A stretch of DNA of 64,000 bases from Octopus sinensis (Eukaryota), in contig NC_043009.1 of assembly GCF_006345805.1 (NCBI RefSeq), positions 46,438,001-46,502,000 on the forward strand, read 5' to 3'. The translations under genes were made by a program, and so were the position numbers. Below are positions 40,743 through 54,106 of the stretch, piece after piece. Each line of letters opens with the position of its first letter. The stretch's first letter is position 1. Below the pieces are notes generated by a model that worked only from the letters and a program-made list of their open reading frames with translations, did not search any database and had not been told where the DNA came from.

Positions 40743-41276
40743 AGGTTTGTTATGCAACATTACCCCCAACCTCCTGCAAACAAACACACGTTAGACCGGT
40801 TGATTCTTATAGCGATGCTCTGGCCGTACGTGAACCCATTCTCTCTGACCATCAATCAGGTCACTGACTTCCACTCCATTCAGGGCTCACGTTTCGACGC
40901 CATTCGAGAAAGAGTGGAAGCGGTGTAAGGATATGTACATGGTTTGTTACAGTAAATTATTTGTTAAACTAAAAATTTGGGACAATAAAACATACAAGGT
41001 CGCTGTCTGCAAAGTAGCCAGCGATCTTTTATGTCTTATCGTAACAACCACACCCAGCGATCTTGCTTTTTTTATTGTCCCATATTATTAGTTTAACAAA
41101 TGATTTAGCAAAAAATTTTTATGAGTTTAAGTGTAAATTCAATGTGTTTTGTATGCAACACTGATATTTATATATTTATATATTTTAATTGGTGCTTATT
41201 TATTTATATATTATTATATTTTTTAAACGTCGGGCTTTACGTCTGTCCTGTAGATATAAATGAAAAGATGAATATA

Positions 41277-41721
41277 CTAGGTTAAGGTGACCCGCTCTAC
41301 CTGCGGGTAAGTGCATGGCTGTTACTTTCTGTTACTTCCTTTCTGTTTTTATCACCACATTCTCCCTCAAAACATTAAGTTTTGAAGTGATTCTTTCTCA
41401 CGACAGTAGACTCACCAATGCAAGTATTCAAAACTTTTTCATCATGGACGGCAACACATTGAAGATTTAAAGGCTGGCGCAATTTTTTTTAGGTTGATGT
41501 AACAGAGAATTCCTAAACACCCGCTGGTCTACTCGGGCCACACTTTATAAGATGAGGAATTTTGTCCTAGAGATCACTCCTTTCATTTGAGGAAAAAAAT
41601 AGTTACCATGCAAACTCGCCAGCACTTTTAACATAGGTGTGCATATTTTCAGATCAAATGTATATATATTTACGCATTATACATATATATATATATGTGT
41701 GTGTACGCATTATATATACAA

Positions 41722-41762
<41 letters not shown>

Positions 41763-42372
41763 TATATATATATATATATATATACATATATATATAAATA
41801 AGATATATACACTTTGTATATATACATTATATATACATATTTATATATAGAACACACACACACACACATATAAATTAACCCAATAAATATCTGATTCATA
41901 ATATTTGTTTTTATGATTGTCCTGTGGTGGTGGATGTGGCGATGATAATTCTCTCTATGAATGCAGCCAGACATACAGAGAGAGAGGGGAAGAGAGAGAG
42001 ATATAGAGAGAGGGAGGGAGGCGGTGGGGAAAGAGGGACAGTGCTGGTGAAGGCGGTGGGGGCAAAGATAGTAGTATCTGTCAAACATCGTTATAGAGAA
42101 AAAGTGATGGGAAGGGAGGAAACAGAGAGAGACGGAGGAAGACATGCAGATAAGAGAATGAGAGGAGACTTGCCAAAGTGTGCGCTTATTGCTCTAATAA
42201 CGAGACCTTTTAAGATAGGGATGTCTAACCTAGCTCACTCACATCCTCACCTCATTGTACATGTCCCTGTAAATTTTGGAGTCAATCCGACGGGATCTAG
42301 TGCCCTTTAACTCGTTCCAATGCCAAAACCAGACAAACAAACTTTTCGCATTTCAGAATTATAATATAGAGA
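41277..42372 (-). mobile_element. Non-autonomous Helitron, unit 3
   Basis: A|TCTCTATATTAT 5' junction; 3' ACCCGC hairpin and CTAG|T. Confidence 0.8.
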
Positions 42373-42407
42373 TGATATATGTAAATAGATGTATGCATGT
42401 GTGGGGG

Positions 42408-42452
<45 letters not shown>

Positions 42453-42809
42453 TGTATGTTAGCATATGGATATGAAAGTAAACAGATCAACATATAGACG
42501 GATAGGTACATAGGTTATATGAACAGACAAGCACGCATACGCAAATGAAAACTGAAACAAATGATCATACACACACACACACTCAGACAGGCACACACAA
42601 GGAGACAGAGGTAGTCACACACACACACATATAAACACACACACACACGCTCACACACATACATAAAAACACACAGACACGGACATGCAAACACATGAAA
42701 ATGCAGAATACATATATACAAATGTACACACATTGATACATATGCCCACGCACACACATACATGCATACGCACACATGCATGCATGTATAGACACACACA
42801 CACACACAC

Positions 42810-43153
42810 TGAAGAAAGTTTGATTCCTGGAGATCCGATGAGGGGTATCGAACTCACAGAATATGTCCTTGTCCATATATAGTTCATAGTAAATTGTTAA
42901 TCAAGCTATGTGAAGAAATTTTGGATACAATCGTGCGAAATTCCTGAAAACTACTGTATTATAATCCGAGGGATAAGCGTAGCGACAGCCTTATAGTGGA
43001 GACGAACAGGCTGTTATTGAAATCTACAAGAATCATAGAGCTAAAGGAAGAAAGTAGAATTTGACCAACTACTGCTATTAATTGCTATATAAAGAGGAAA
43101 TGTTCTGTGAGTTCGATACCTCTCATCGGATCTCCAGGAATCAACTTTCTTCA
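42810..43153. mobile_element. ~345-bp element with ~55-70-bp terminal inverted repeats (MITE or inverted pLTR)
   Basis: tgaagaaagtttgattcctggagatccgatgaggggtatcgaactcacagaa versus its near-perfect reverse complement at 43103-43153. Confidence 0.8.
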
Positions 43154-43370
43154 ATACGGATAAACTCACACCCTCATTTTTATCTTCACTTTCTGGAAAA
43201 CTAAGTTGTTTTTAAAAAAACTTTTTAATAACCTGATATATGACTGTGTAATACTAATTGAACTCTTAGAAACCAATATGTTATCTAAATTCTCATTTTT
43301 ATAGAATTTTCCATGATGTTTCACGAGTGTAACATTACCACTTTGATGTTTGGGAATCTCGGATGTTTTT

Positions 43371-43455
43371 TCGGCTGATGAGTACGAGCCACCTATATTT
43401 ACTGCAATTTTTGTAGCTTTATTAAAGATGTCCTCGTACGAAACAATTGTACCGA
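43371..43455 (+). ncRNA. Type-I hammerhead ribozyme with a fully canonical core
   Basis: TCGG CTGATGA GTACGAG ... CTCGTAC GAAA CAATTG TA CCGA: stem I TCGG/CCGA, 7-bp stem II starting G10.1-C11.1, palindromic stem III ACAATTGT, GUA cleavage after 43451. Confidence 0.88.
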
Positions 43456-43616
43456 TATATTGATCCATTCTTGTTGCTTTTTTCCTATTTGTAATCACCC
43501 CACTTTGTCGTAGGGTTAACACCATATAGATTTCCGGTGCATCCAAGTTAAGTACCATATTCATGTGAATTCATTAGACCTCACTTGAATCTCAATTGCC
43601 TAAACCGAGTATATAT

Positions 43617-43676
<60 letters not shown>

Positions 43677-43686
43677 CATATATATG

Positions 43687-43806
<120 letters not shown>

Positions 43807-44006
43807 ATATATACATTCTTTGGACCATGTATATATTTATATATACCTAAATATTCATCAAATGCGCGTTATTGCGTTTTACAGTCAAAATCTTATAGTT
43901 CGAGCATATCTGTTTGTTTAGCGAGGTTAAAGTATATTTGTTAGACATACAAATGCAAATTCACATACAAATTTATCTGCATGCATGCCGCCTCAGTCCT
44001 AACAAT

Positions 44007-44046
<40 letters not shown>

Positions 44047-44061
44047 ATCTATCTATCTATC

Positions 44062-44134
<73 letters not shown>

Positions 44135-44136
44135 GC

Positions 44137-44187
<51 letters not shown>

Positions 44188-44798
44188 TACATATATAAGT
44201 GTGTGTGTCTGTGTGTATAATACATATATGTATAAACTCACACACGCACACACACACTTATACATATACACTTATATGTTTGTTTGTATATAACGTAGGA
44301 CTAAACTAATATTTGTGTTGTTGTCTACGTTCCGCCCATCAATGGCTTAGCATAACATGATATGCAATCTCCCTCGAAGTACAAACAATATTATATAATT
44401 TCAATCAACAGATGTTGTTTTTAATATGAACAACATTGAGCTATTAGCGAGAAGACACTGTCTGTGAAATAGTGATACAGACCAACATACACGGGTACTA
44501 ACACAAGCACACAGGCACCTTTAAGCATGTATGTATTAACACACGAATACATAACGTATATGCATGTATGTATGTATGTATGTATGTATGTATGTTGTAT
44601 GTATGTATGTATGTATGTATGTATGTATGTGTGTATGTATGCATGTATTGTGTTCAGGCTTGTGTAAGAGTGTTTTCGTGGGCGGCGTTGAAATTGTGTT
44701 GCTCATCTGTCTGAACCTCACTCTTCCATCTTTACAACAAATTCATGACTATGAAAGGAAGATATGAAGCTCTTAAATCTGCCTACCTAAATGCAATT

Positions 44799-44829
<31 letters not shown>

Positions 44830-46565
44830 GTGACAGACATACGCACTCAAATATATACATTTATCTGCATGTGTGAGTATGTACACACACACACAAGCAT
44901 ATTCACACATACACATATGCATGTATGTATGCATGTATGTATGTAGCAAGATATATCGGAGGACCTCAATATCGAAGCTCCATCTGTCACGGGTGGAGGT
45001 GGGCCCTTTGTAGCGAGACGCCTGTTTTTACGACAGTTCTGCACGAAAACGCCCTCTCCCGATTTCGAGGTATACCTGCTTCTTAAAAAGATGTAGCGGG
45101 TGTATCTTTAATGCTTAATGTCAATAATTTTACACGTTTACTGAATCCAATAGCTTACCCCGTCCAAAAGCATCCAAATTCCCTCAGGAATCTAACTGTA
45201 TTTGGGAAAAAAAAGGCGGGAGAAACGAATGGCAATAATAACCATAACAATAACGAAACCCTGAAGCATTACTGAGTAAATTTCAGTAATAATTATGATG
45301 TATTTTATATAGAGAGATAGAGAGAAGTCGTTGTCTCTTGTTCAAATTCCCAATAGTCTTTTTACTGCGTATGATCTGGAAAGGACCATCGAATCATCTA
45401 CTTGGGATTGAAATGCACGGGTGATCTCATGCACACATACATGCACACACATGCACGCATACACACACACGTGCAGGTATATATAGCCTTTCTCAAACTT
45501 TATTATTCAGTTCGACATGGAAGTCTTTTTCTAAGTTGGTCATATTTACGAGAAAAAGGTAAGAACTTTCGGCTTTTATATTTAGCTTACAAGATTCTTT
45601 ATGTGAATAATCATTGAGGTCAAAGGTGGTGACTAAAGGCTTGCGGCAATCCTAGTTGACTGACCATTTGACCGAACGTTTAGTCAAACAGTCGATTAAT
45701 TGGTTAAATGTTTAACCATCAGACAATTAAAGAATTGACGCTGAACTTTTACACGTGTTTATTGACAAAATGACCCGACTGAGATACTACAGAGTAAATG
45801 CCTTATAGTTTCTAAAATTTTAAGTTTGGGTTTACAATTTCAATTATAAAATTATGTTTTGCGTAAGATCACGCATCAGCGAAAACCAATTTCTTTTTCA
45901 GCTTTAGAATATGACGTGTTCAATTTTTTTTGTTGTTTTTCATTTGAACAGAACAGCTTTATTTTCTTCTCATTTTCTATATTTCTTGTTATCTTCATTT
46001 CATACAATCCCATCTCGGCAAATAGATTTTTGGCCATTTTCAAACTTCAATTTCTCATTTTACAATTATATTTCTAAAAAATTACCTTTTGTCTGGTGGT
46101 CTCGTTTGTAGGGACCACAGCGCATGTCTTTGCCAAGGGGCCCGTAAAGCCCATAAGACAGCACTGCAGCTATCATTATTATACTATTTTGGTATTTTCG
46201 TTAATACAATCCGTTGTAATTGAAATTTCATTTTCGCTTTGAAAATGATAAGATTGGGCAATCCTTCATCTCAGAATGCCATTTTCACTCTTGTTAATCA
46301 GAATGGCATCTCCCGAGACACAGGTTCGAATCTACTTTGGTGGGTGGGGTCGTTTTGTTGGTGAGAGGGTTCTCTTGAAATGAAGAAGATGCATTGTGAA
46401 AGATTCATTTGGAAATCTTTTGATTTAAGAACAAAACTTTTGATGGCCGGGTGCATGTACCCGGTGATTCTTGAGGGTCGCCCCCCCCAGTTATCATCGG
46501 TGCCTGGAGCCTGGCCATATAAAGAAAAACTGTCCTCAGGAACAAAATCTTTTGATTTAAGAACA

Positions 46566-46628
46566 AAAGGCGGTGCTCCAGCATGGCCGCAGTCAAATGA
46601 CTGAAACAAGTAAAAGAGAGTAAAGAGT
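46566..46628 (+). mobile_element. SINE family A 3' tail only
   Basis: aaaggcggtgctccagcatggccgcagtcaaatgactgaaacaagtaaaagag. Confidence 0.85.
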
Positions 46629-48196
46629 ATATAACTGAAAAATGAATGAAGCCGAAACCAATAATGGGGAATGTACAAAAAATTACGTGATAACCTGTGT
46701 CATAATGAATGTATAACTTTTTCCGATGCTGCCTTAATTATTTAACTAAACGATGCAGTTGAAAACTAAAATAAATCTATAGTAGCAACTAACTTTTAAG
46801 CATTAACCTAATTGTTTCCATCATTCTGAGTAACCAAGTTAATTTTTGTACATTCCTAATTTTGTTGATTTAATTTTCATTGCTATTTCCTAAATATGTC
46901 TTTAAAACAAAGGACTGTATTCATTTTTCCAATACATTTCTCAGTTTTTAAGTTTTTTTCTGAAATTTTTCAATATATGTGATTTTGTAGTTAATCTACA
47001 AAAATATCTAAAATTGATTCCGACTTTAAGTTTTTCAATGTATTACAAGTTGTTCTTATTGCTATTTTCGTGTTGTTCTCTAAAGTGAATGTTAAATTTG
47101 ACTTAAGCTTACCATAGCATTTTCACTTTCGCAAAGTACATTCACTAATGACGGTGATATAATACCTCTCACTATTGCTAGCGCTTTCCTACAACTTCAG
47201 CGTTCAGTTTCACTAATCTTTATCTTTCAGGGTTGTCGAACATTTGTTGTTATTTAAGCGGATGTCAAAAACCATAATTTCATGGCCGTAAATTGGCAGA
47301 AGTAGAAAAAAATAGGAAAAAAATACCGAAACAAAAATCGAAATCCAAGGATCGCCAATATACATCTAAATTGCAATCCAAAATGTCTTCTGTCACAAAA
47401 TGATTTGGACCGTTACATCTGCAGACAACATTTTGATCAACCAAAGTGAGAGTAGAATTGTAAACTCAAATATCCCCACATGATTGCTTTGAAGTTTAAA
47501 GAGACTCATGAAGTACACACTTCCTGTTCTAGCTATTATATGTATTTGAGAGTGAGTCTATTTGCTTAAAAGTTGCTGCTTCATTAGTTTCTAAGTTTTA
47601 CATTTTTGATTAAAAATCTGTAAGACGTTGATTTACTGTTGATCACTTGGATTCTTTTCTATTAACATTTGATTAAACTTTGACAGCAAGCCTACTTATC
47701 TAATACATTCGTAAGAATAATAGTGCTGGTATGTATATGGTAGGATTAAACGAAGTAAGTCTGTATCGCTGATATTAGCTCTTGTTTGCTTCTATTTTTG
47801 AAACTAGTTTCTCTTTACTTCAATTCAAATTATATTCTCACATAGTTTAGTTGAGTCGAAAAAATGTTACTGTATTGAAGACACGACGTATTACAGAATT
47901 TTTATTAAAAAATGTAAAGCTAAAGAAGCAGTAACAAATGTCGCTTTTAAGGAATTAGCCTTACTCTCAAATACATCTTAAGAAAATATGTGTAACGTAT
48001 TGACATGAAGAATCAGCGCATTCCACTGAGAAACATAGTGAGGCGCCATCTTCGATCTAAAATCAGCTATGTGATTATTTGCCTCAGAAAATTATGTGCC
48101 CGTGCTCTTTTAGTCAAAATCAGCAATATTTCAAAGCAAAAAATATATCTGACTCAGAAAAACAATCCCATTATCACTCGAGGCAAACCATATATT

Positions 48197-48237
<41 letters not shown>

Positions 48238-48299
48238 ATGTATGTATGCTTATACAGGCGCAGGAGTAGCTCTGTGGTAAGTAGCATACTTACTTTCCA

Positions 48300-50476
48300 T
48301 GAGTGTTTGTTGTCAGTGTACGCATGTGTCATTGTGTTGTGCACTGAAGCAGATAGCCGGCGGTGTTTAACCGGCGAAAAAGTAGCTGCTACAAAGTAAG
48401 GCTTTTGTTTCTTGGGTCCAGTGGGGGTTGTTGTCTGTGGTAATATTTTTTACAAACAAGGAGTCCTCACTGGATTCAGGACTTTAGTCTGCTTGCAGTT
48501 CAGAAATATTGTTCACATTAAGTGAAATGTTTTTCCTCATTGTGAGGATATGTTACGAATGTGGCAAGAAGGACCACATTCGGTTTGGAGGCGTATCCTG
48601 CCACCAAAAGTTGTTCACTTTTTATAAATAGTGTGTGTTTTACAACAACGTTTACCAATAATTGGAAAGCTGTATTTCAAGTGGAGCAGTCCAGGTTCTA
48701 ATCGGAGTATCATACTGCTTGCAGTACCTGAATGCCCAGAAGATTTTTTGCTCTGTTTTGTTGAACTGCTGTTTTCTTATTCTGTTCTTTAATTGTGACT
48801 CTCTTTATTGAACTGTTTGCTTTTTTTCTTCTTCCTTTTTGTTTCTTTTTGATTTCTCTCTGTTCTTTTTGAAATTTGTGAACTATTGTTTTGAACTTTT
48901 TAAATTTAAAACATGGTAAAAAATACGGATAAGTTTGTAGAGTGGGAGATTGTCCCACCTAAAGAGTGATTCAGACAGCAAGAGGAGAGGACGGTGGTGT
49001 TGAGAACGTATTCGAAGGTTCTCGACACCATTGCCGTCTTCTCCAAGCAGTTGATTGAGCATGCGTAGGCGGAACATCTGCCAGCCGTATCTCTAGGGGA
49101 GTCAAATATGCAACGGTGTGGTTGCTATTTGACACCCCAGAGGAGGCTCTTTGAGGGTAGAGAATTTTGTATCTTCCCACTTATTGTGGGAAAAAGATGA
49201 CGAGGGCTTGGGTCTGTGGTTTGCCACCTTGAATTGAACCCGAGTGAATAGAGGATGCTATCCGTCGGGGTCTGGGTGGCAGCGGAGCCAAGCTCCTCAA
49301 TGTGAAAATTCTTCCTGCAACTGATTGGTTTGGGTCAAAACAGCTTTTGATCCAATCAGCCATGAATCTGGTTATGCCAGATTTTTTGAAAATGGCCGGG
49401 TGCATGTACCCGGTGATTCTTGAGAGTTGCCTCCACTCCAGTTATCATCGGTGCCTGGAGCCTGGCCATATAAAGAAAAACTGTCCTCAGGAACAAAGCA
49501 AAGTCCTGGAGCAGTTGATTGAGACCTCTGTAGAAGGAACGAAGGCGGCCGAGGAGGAGGAGGACTCCTCAAAGAAGGGCCGCAAGAGGTAGAAGGTGAG
49601 CAACAATTGGTGCTAACCGAATCCTAGGGATGAGGGGGGGAGGCGAATCTCCCGGTCACAGAGGAGATGCACCTTCCCTCAGTTGAGAAGAAAAAAGAGG
49701 AACAGGAAGAGAAATGGTACATTACCGGCAGTCGGTTACATAACACCAGAATGTCTCGGAACCTTGTCGGTAGGGGTTGTGCCACCGGCATGAGAAGAGA
49801 CGCCGTTGGTAGGAATTGTGCCACCAACGGCAGAACTGACTACCTCGACCCCGGAGGGAGACGAATTATTGGTCTTCTTCTACAGAGGCGGAGAGGTAGA
49901 AAAGGTGGTGGAAAAGCACCATAAGGAAGTAACTTTAAACTTTTTACGGGATCCCGGATGGCCTCGGAAGATAGCTGTAGAGGTCATAACGTTGCTTCAG
50001 ATGCGTAGGCTGCAGGGACTCAATGAGGAATATCGCTGTGGCCGGGCGACGCCGACTCGGAACTCGCCTTGGTCTTGAATGAGGCGTGGGTGATGGCGGA
50101 ATATACAGGCACAAGCGATGTTGAGGAAAATTAACAAGAGTTTGAAAAGTCTCAGTGTTGTAATGTTTTTAAGTGTGTTAGAGGCACAGCGCCTCAATTT
50201 TTAAATGGACTATTAAGTCCAAAAATTGTAAAATCGGAAGTAAGAGGTTCAATACTTCGTTTTGTTTTTTGTGTAAAAAATAATGTTTTAATTTGTAAAT
50301 GGACTATTAAGTCCAATCATGATAAAAACGAAAGTAAGAGGTTCAGTAACTCGGCCTGTTTTTTGTGTTAAAAATAATAATGTCTCAATTTGTAAATGGA
50401 CTATTAAGTCCAATAATTGTAAAACGGTAGTAAGAGGTTCAATACCACGGCTTGTTTTTTGTGTAAAAAATAATAT
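48300..50476 (+). mobile_element. Tx1/L1-like element with decayed ORF1 (gag knuckle), no ORF2, and a 3' tandem repeat
   Basis: Interrupted frame from ATG at about 48912 (..LYLPTYCGKK..VCGLPP..) to HRCLEPGHIKKNCP; homologous in layout to the ORF1 at 51226-52250. Confidence 0.65.
50193..50476 (+). repeat. Three tandem ~95-bp units
   Basis: taaatggactattaagtccaa...gtaagaggttca...tgttttttgtgt.aaaaataat occurs three times. Confidence 0.9.
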
Positions 50477-50519
50477 TTTAGAGAAGCAAAAAATCGGCGG
50501 GCGCTTTGGTCTTCTCCCT

Positions 50520-52815
50520 TTAATATCATTTTATTTCATCATTCAATTCATCAGTGTTTCTGATCAGCCCGCAAGCTACTCTGTATCATACCTTTATGGC
50601 AAAATTTTCTTAAATAAAGAAGCTTACCGGTCTCTTTGTTGGAGGTGTTTTTGTTTGTCGGTGAGTCGGGCGTTTTGTTGGAGTTTTGATTATTTTTCGT
50701 CGGATTTATTAACTGTTTATCGTTGTTGAACATTGTTGAATTGTTGAACATTATTGAATTATTGAACTTTGAACATTTTCTGTGCTGCGTCTCGATGACG
50801 GGAGACACGAATTGCCGTTAGTCGTGTTTTTGCTGGTGAGAATTGTTTAATATTTGTTGAAATATTTGTTAAATTGTTAATAGTTTTGGAATTGATTTAC
50901 GTTGAATTGTTGACTGTTCTACTATTACACTGTGAACTTTTTTTAACTGTGCTGTCTACCGGTGACGGAAGGCAGAATATTTAATTCTTGTGAGGCCATT
51001 TTGGCAATTTGCTGACATTGTTGTGAAAAAAAATTGAACAATGTTAAAGCCGTTGTAGTTTTTATTGTTGCGCCCCGCCCCCAACAGGGGCGGGATTTGA
51101 ACTATTGTCCTCTTTAGAGGAAAAATATCTACAACAAAACTGTTTACAAAAAAAAGAGAATTATAGGTTTCCCGTTTTGAGGAAATATATATCTTTTTCG
51201 TATATAATACTGATTCCAGCCAAGTATGTGGGAGGAAATTGCGCAAAAAGATCGTCCTATTGAAGAGAGCGGTTGCCGAGGTGGAAACTGAAAACAATGA
51301 AATCCCAAAAGAGAAGCTCGAAGAGCGGTTCGGCAGAATAAAAGAGGAGGTGGTGAGGTTAAGATTTCACCCTCCTCCAACGTTGGTGACTTGCGGAAGC
51401 GGACAGTCGTTTTTAAGACGTACTGACCGGAAACCAAAAAGTTCAAGCATTTATTTTGAACAGGAAAAAATAGAAAAGTGTATGGCTCCAATATGGAAGA
51501 ACATAACATATGTTGCCGGACATATGGCACAATTATGATCAGATTTACAACGGAAAAAGGGCCAAAGGGTACTCAGTGAGCCCCCTGAAAACGAAGGAGG
51601 TGGTGCTTCTGCCAACCTACATAGGGAGACGGACGTCCCGTGTTAAGGTGGCAGAGGTGCCACCTGAAATTGACGCAAGGAAGGTGGTGGCCGCCCTGTT
51701 GTATAACAAGACGGATAAAATCACCTTCCTGCAGATTACATGCTCTGCCCACCAAAATTGTTTCGGGCAGAACATTTCTACCATTATTCAGGCGGCTCAG
51801 GAGGATATGGAAATGCTTCCTGATAGGTACTCTTGGGTGAAGACATTGCCCTCAAGATACGTGTTGAGCGGAAGAAGCCCATATGTTACGAATGTGGCAA
51901 GAAGGACCACATTCGGGTTGATTGCGCAAAATGGAAAGAAAATGTGACACAGACACAAGGATCTTCAATCACAAAAATTACCCTAAACCTGCGCACACAC
52001 TAGCCCCTGCAATAACAAAAACCCCCACTCCCCTAACTGTGGTTTCTGCCCCTAAACAAAACTTTCAAAGACCCCAGCCCATGCACACACCAGTCCCTAC
52101 AAAACCAAAAACACCTATCCCCTCTAAAGCGTCATCTGAATGTGTAACTCCCTCGGAAGACACCATGGGGGTGATCGAGGGTGAGTTTACTATGGTACGA
52201 AAAAGAACACTTGCACCTTTCCCATGCATATCCCCTACAAAAGAAAATTGACGAAAGCATTAAAACGGCCACGCCCCAATATCCCAGAAGGAAAAAGAGA
52301 CAAAAAAACAAGAAAATACATTCCCGTGGAATTCGACACCTGAGATTAGTACGCTCGAGAAATTGTGGAGAAACATCACACCGCCAAGATGTTACCACAG
52401 CATAAAGAATAGGCCTCCAGATAGAGAATAGTTGGAGTGAGGTGACCAACAACGTGAGTGCTCTAACCAAGACCTGGTCTGGGCGGGCGTTATCCTTGCC
52501 AGGAAAGGCGGAGGTGGTGCAGATGTTTAAAGCATCGGTTATTACTTACCGTCTGACCATGGTGTCTTACCCCGATCTCTGATTGAACATGTTGGAGAGA
52601 ATCCTTTTCCGCTTTTTGTAGAAGGGAGGAAAGCCACTTGTGAAGCGCTCTGTCTGCTGCCAGAAACCGCTAAAGGGAGGGCTAGGGATGCCTTGTCTGA
52701 GGATGCGAAATTCGCGTTAAGGTTGAGGTACCTCTAGCTTTACCTTGATGGAGAGCAGGTGTGGTCACCGCACGTCCGGTTCTACCTTCCACAGTTGACG
52801 TCTTTAACGGACATT
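50520..52815 (+). mobile_element. Tx1-like LINE with ORF1 and an internal deletion of EN/RT
   Basis: LLPTYIGRRTSRVKVAEVPPEID, CYECGKKDHIRVDC knuckle (51884-51925), a Pro-rich tail, then a jump to the post-RT region (IGLQIENSWSEV..WSGRALSLPGKAEV). Confidence 0.8.
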
Positions 52816-53573
52816 GGTACAATATTTAGTCAATATTTACAGTCATTTCCAAAAAATAGTGTTGGATGTTTTGCACCCGTATCAAATTATGTGTATGTGT
52901 GGAACATCCAACACTATTTTTTGGAAATGACTGTAAATATTGACTTCACACAAACACGTTGCTTCCCGATACAGGCACAAGGCCAGCAGACCTATAAATA
53001 TCGAAAATTGTACCCACACACGCACACATATATACACGCACGCGCGCCCCAACATACATATAAACACACACACACACACGCGCGCACACATACATACATA
53101 TAACTCTTCCTGTCCTAAACGAACTTACTTTTCCAGCTCAAATTCAGTCACGCGGAAAATACACTCCTTAACTACGCGCTAAAATGCTATTCAAAATATC
53201 CACATGACGTCTACTGACCAGCCTGAACAATAAGAATTTTCAACAACGCTATTTTCGAAAACTCCATACACCACTCACACCAACATTCATTCTAAACATT
53301 CACGTGACATCTCTATTATGACCACATTCACGTGACCTCTTTATTATGACCAATAAGAATTTTTAGGCGCGATACTAGCCAAATTTTTACATCTCTGGAG
53401 CCTATTTTCTTACCCCAACACCAACCTCCATTCAAACATTCACGTGACCCTTTTATAATGACCAATCAAAATTGTATTGACCACTGTCCACAAGAAATGT
53501 TAGGTGCGAAACCAAGCAAATCTTAAACAACTCTGGAGCCTCTTTTTCCATATCAGCATTAACGACAGCACAA

Positions 53574-53673
53574 NNNNNNNNNNNNNNNNNNNNNNNNNNN
53601 NNNNNNNNNNNNNNNNNNNNNNNNNNNNNNNNNNNNNNNNNNNNNNNNNNNNNNNNNNNNNNNNNNNNNNNNN
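53574..53673. other. Assembly gap (100 N)
   Basis: Run of n. Confidence 1.
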
Positions 53674-53737
53674 ATATATATATACATACAATATATATGC
53701 ATATATATATACATATATATATATACATACATATATA

Positions 53738-53785
<48 letters not shown>

Positions 53786-53799
53786 TATATATATACATT

Positions 53800-54016
53800 T
53801 GTTGTGTCTTTGGCTGTGTTCCCTGCACCCCACCATCGCTTGAAGACCGATTTATAGCGTATTTATGTCCTCGAAACTTAGTGGTTCGGCAAAAGAGACC
53901 GACAGAATAAGTTTTAAGCTTACAATGAATAAGTCCTGGGCTTAATTTCTTCAACTAAAGGTGGTGCTACAGTATGGCCGCAGTCAAATGACTGTAACTT
54001 GTAAAAGAGTAAAGAA
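53800..54016 (+). mobile_element. SINE family A, 3' half
   Basis: ggttcggcaaaagagaccgacagaataag...gcagtcaaatgactg. Confidence 0.8.
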
Positions 54017-54106
54017 AGGAGTATATATATAAATATATAAATTAGAGACAAGTATTCTCCGTATATAATACACGTTGTAGTGCTCAAGAGATTCGAACTT
54101 CACCAG

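Noticed and set aside
43166-43564. 132-aa minus-strand ORF
   Set aside because: No recognisable domain; better explained as the antisense of a hammerhead-containing repeat.
48000-48045. ATGAAGA ATCAG..CTGA GAAACATAGT hammerhead-like string
   Set aside because: Wrong position 3, no G10.1-C11.1 pair and no stem I.
50193-50476. CRISPR-like appearance of repeated units (also 53195-53465)
   Set aside because: Whole units are repeated with no unique spacers, there are no cas genes, and the context is eukaryotic.
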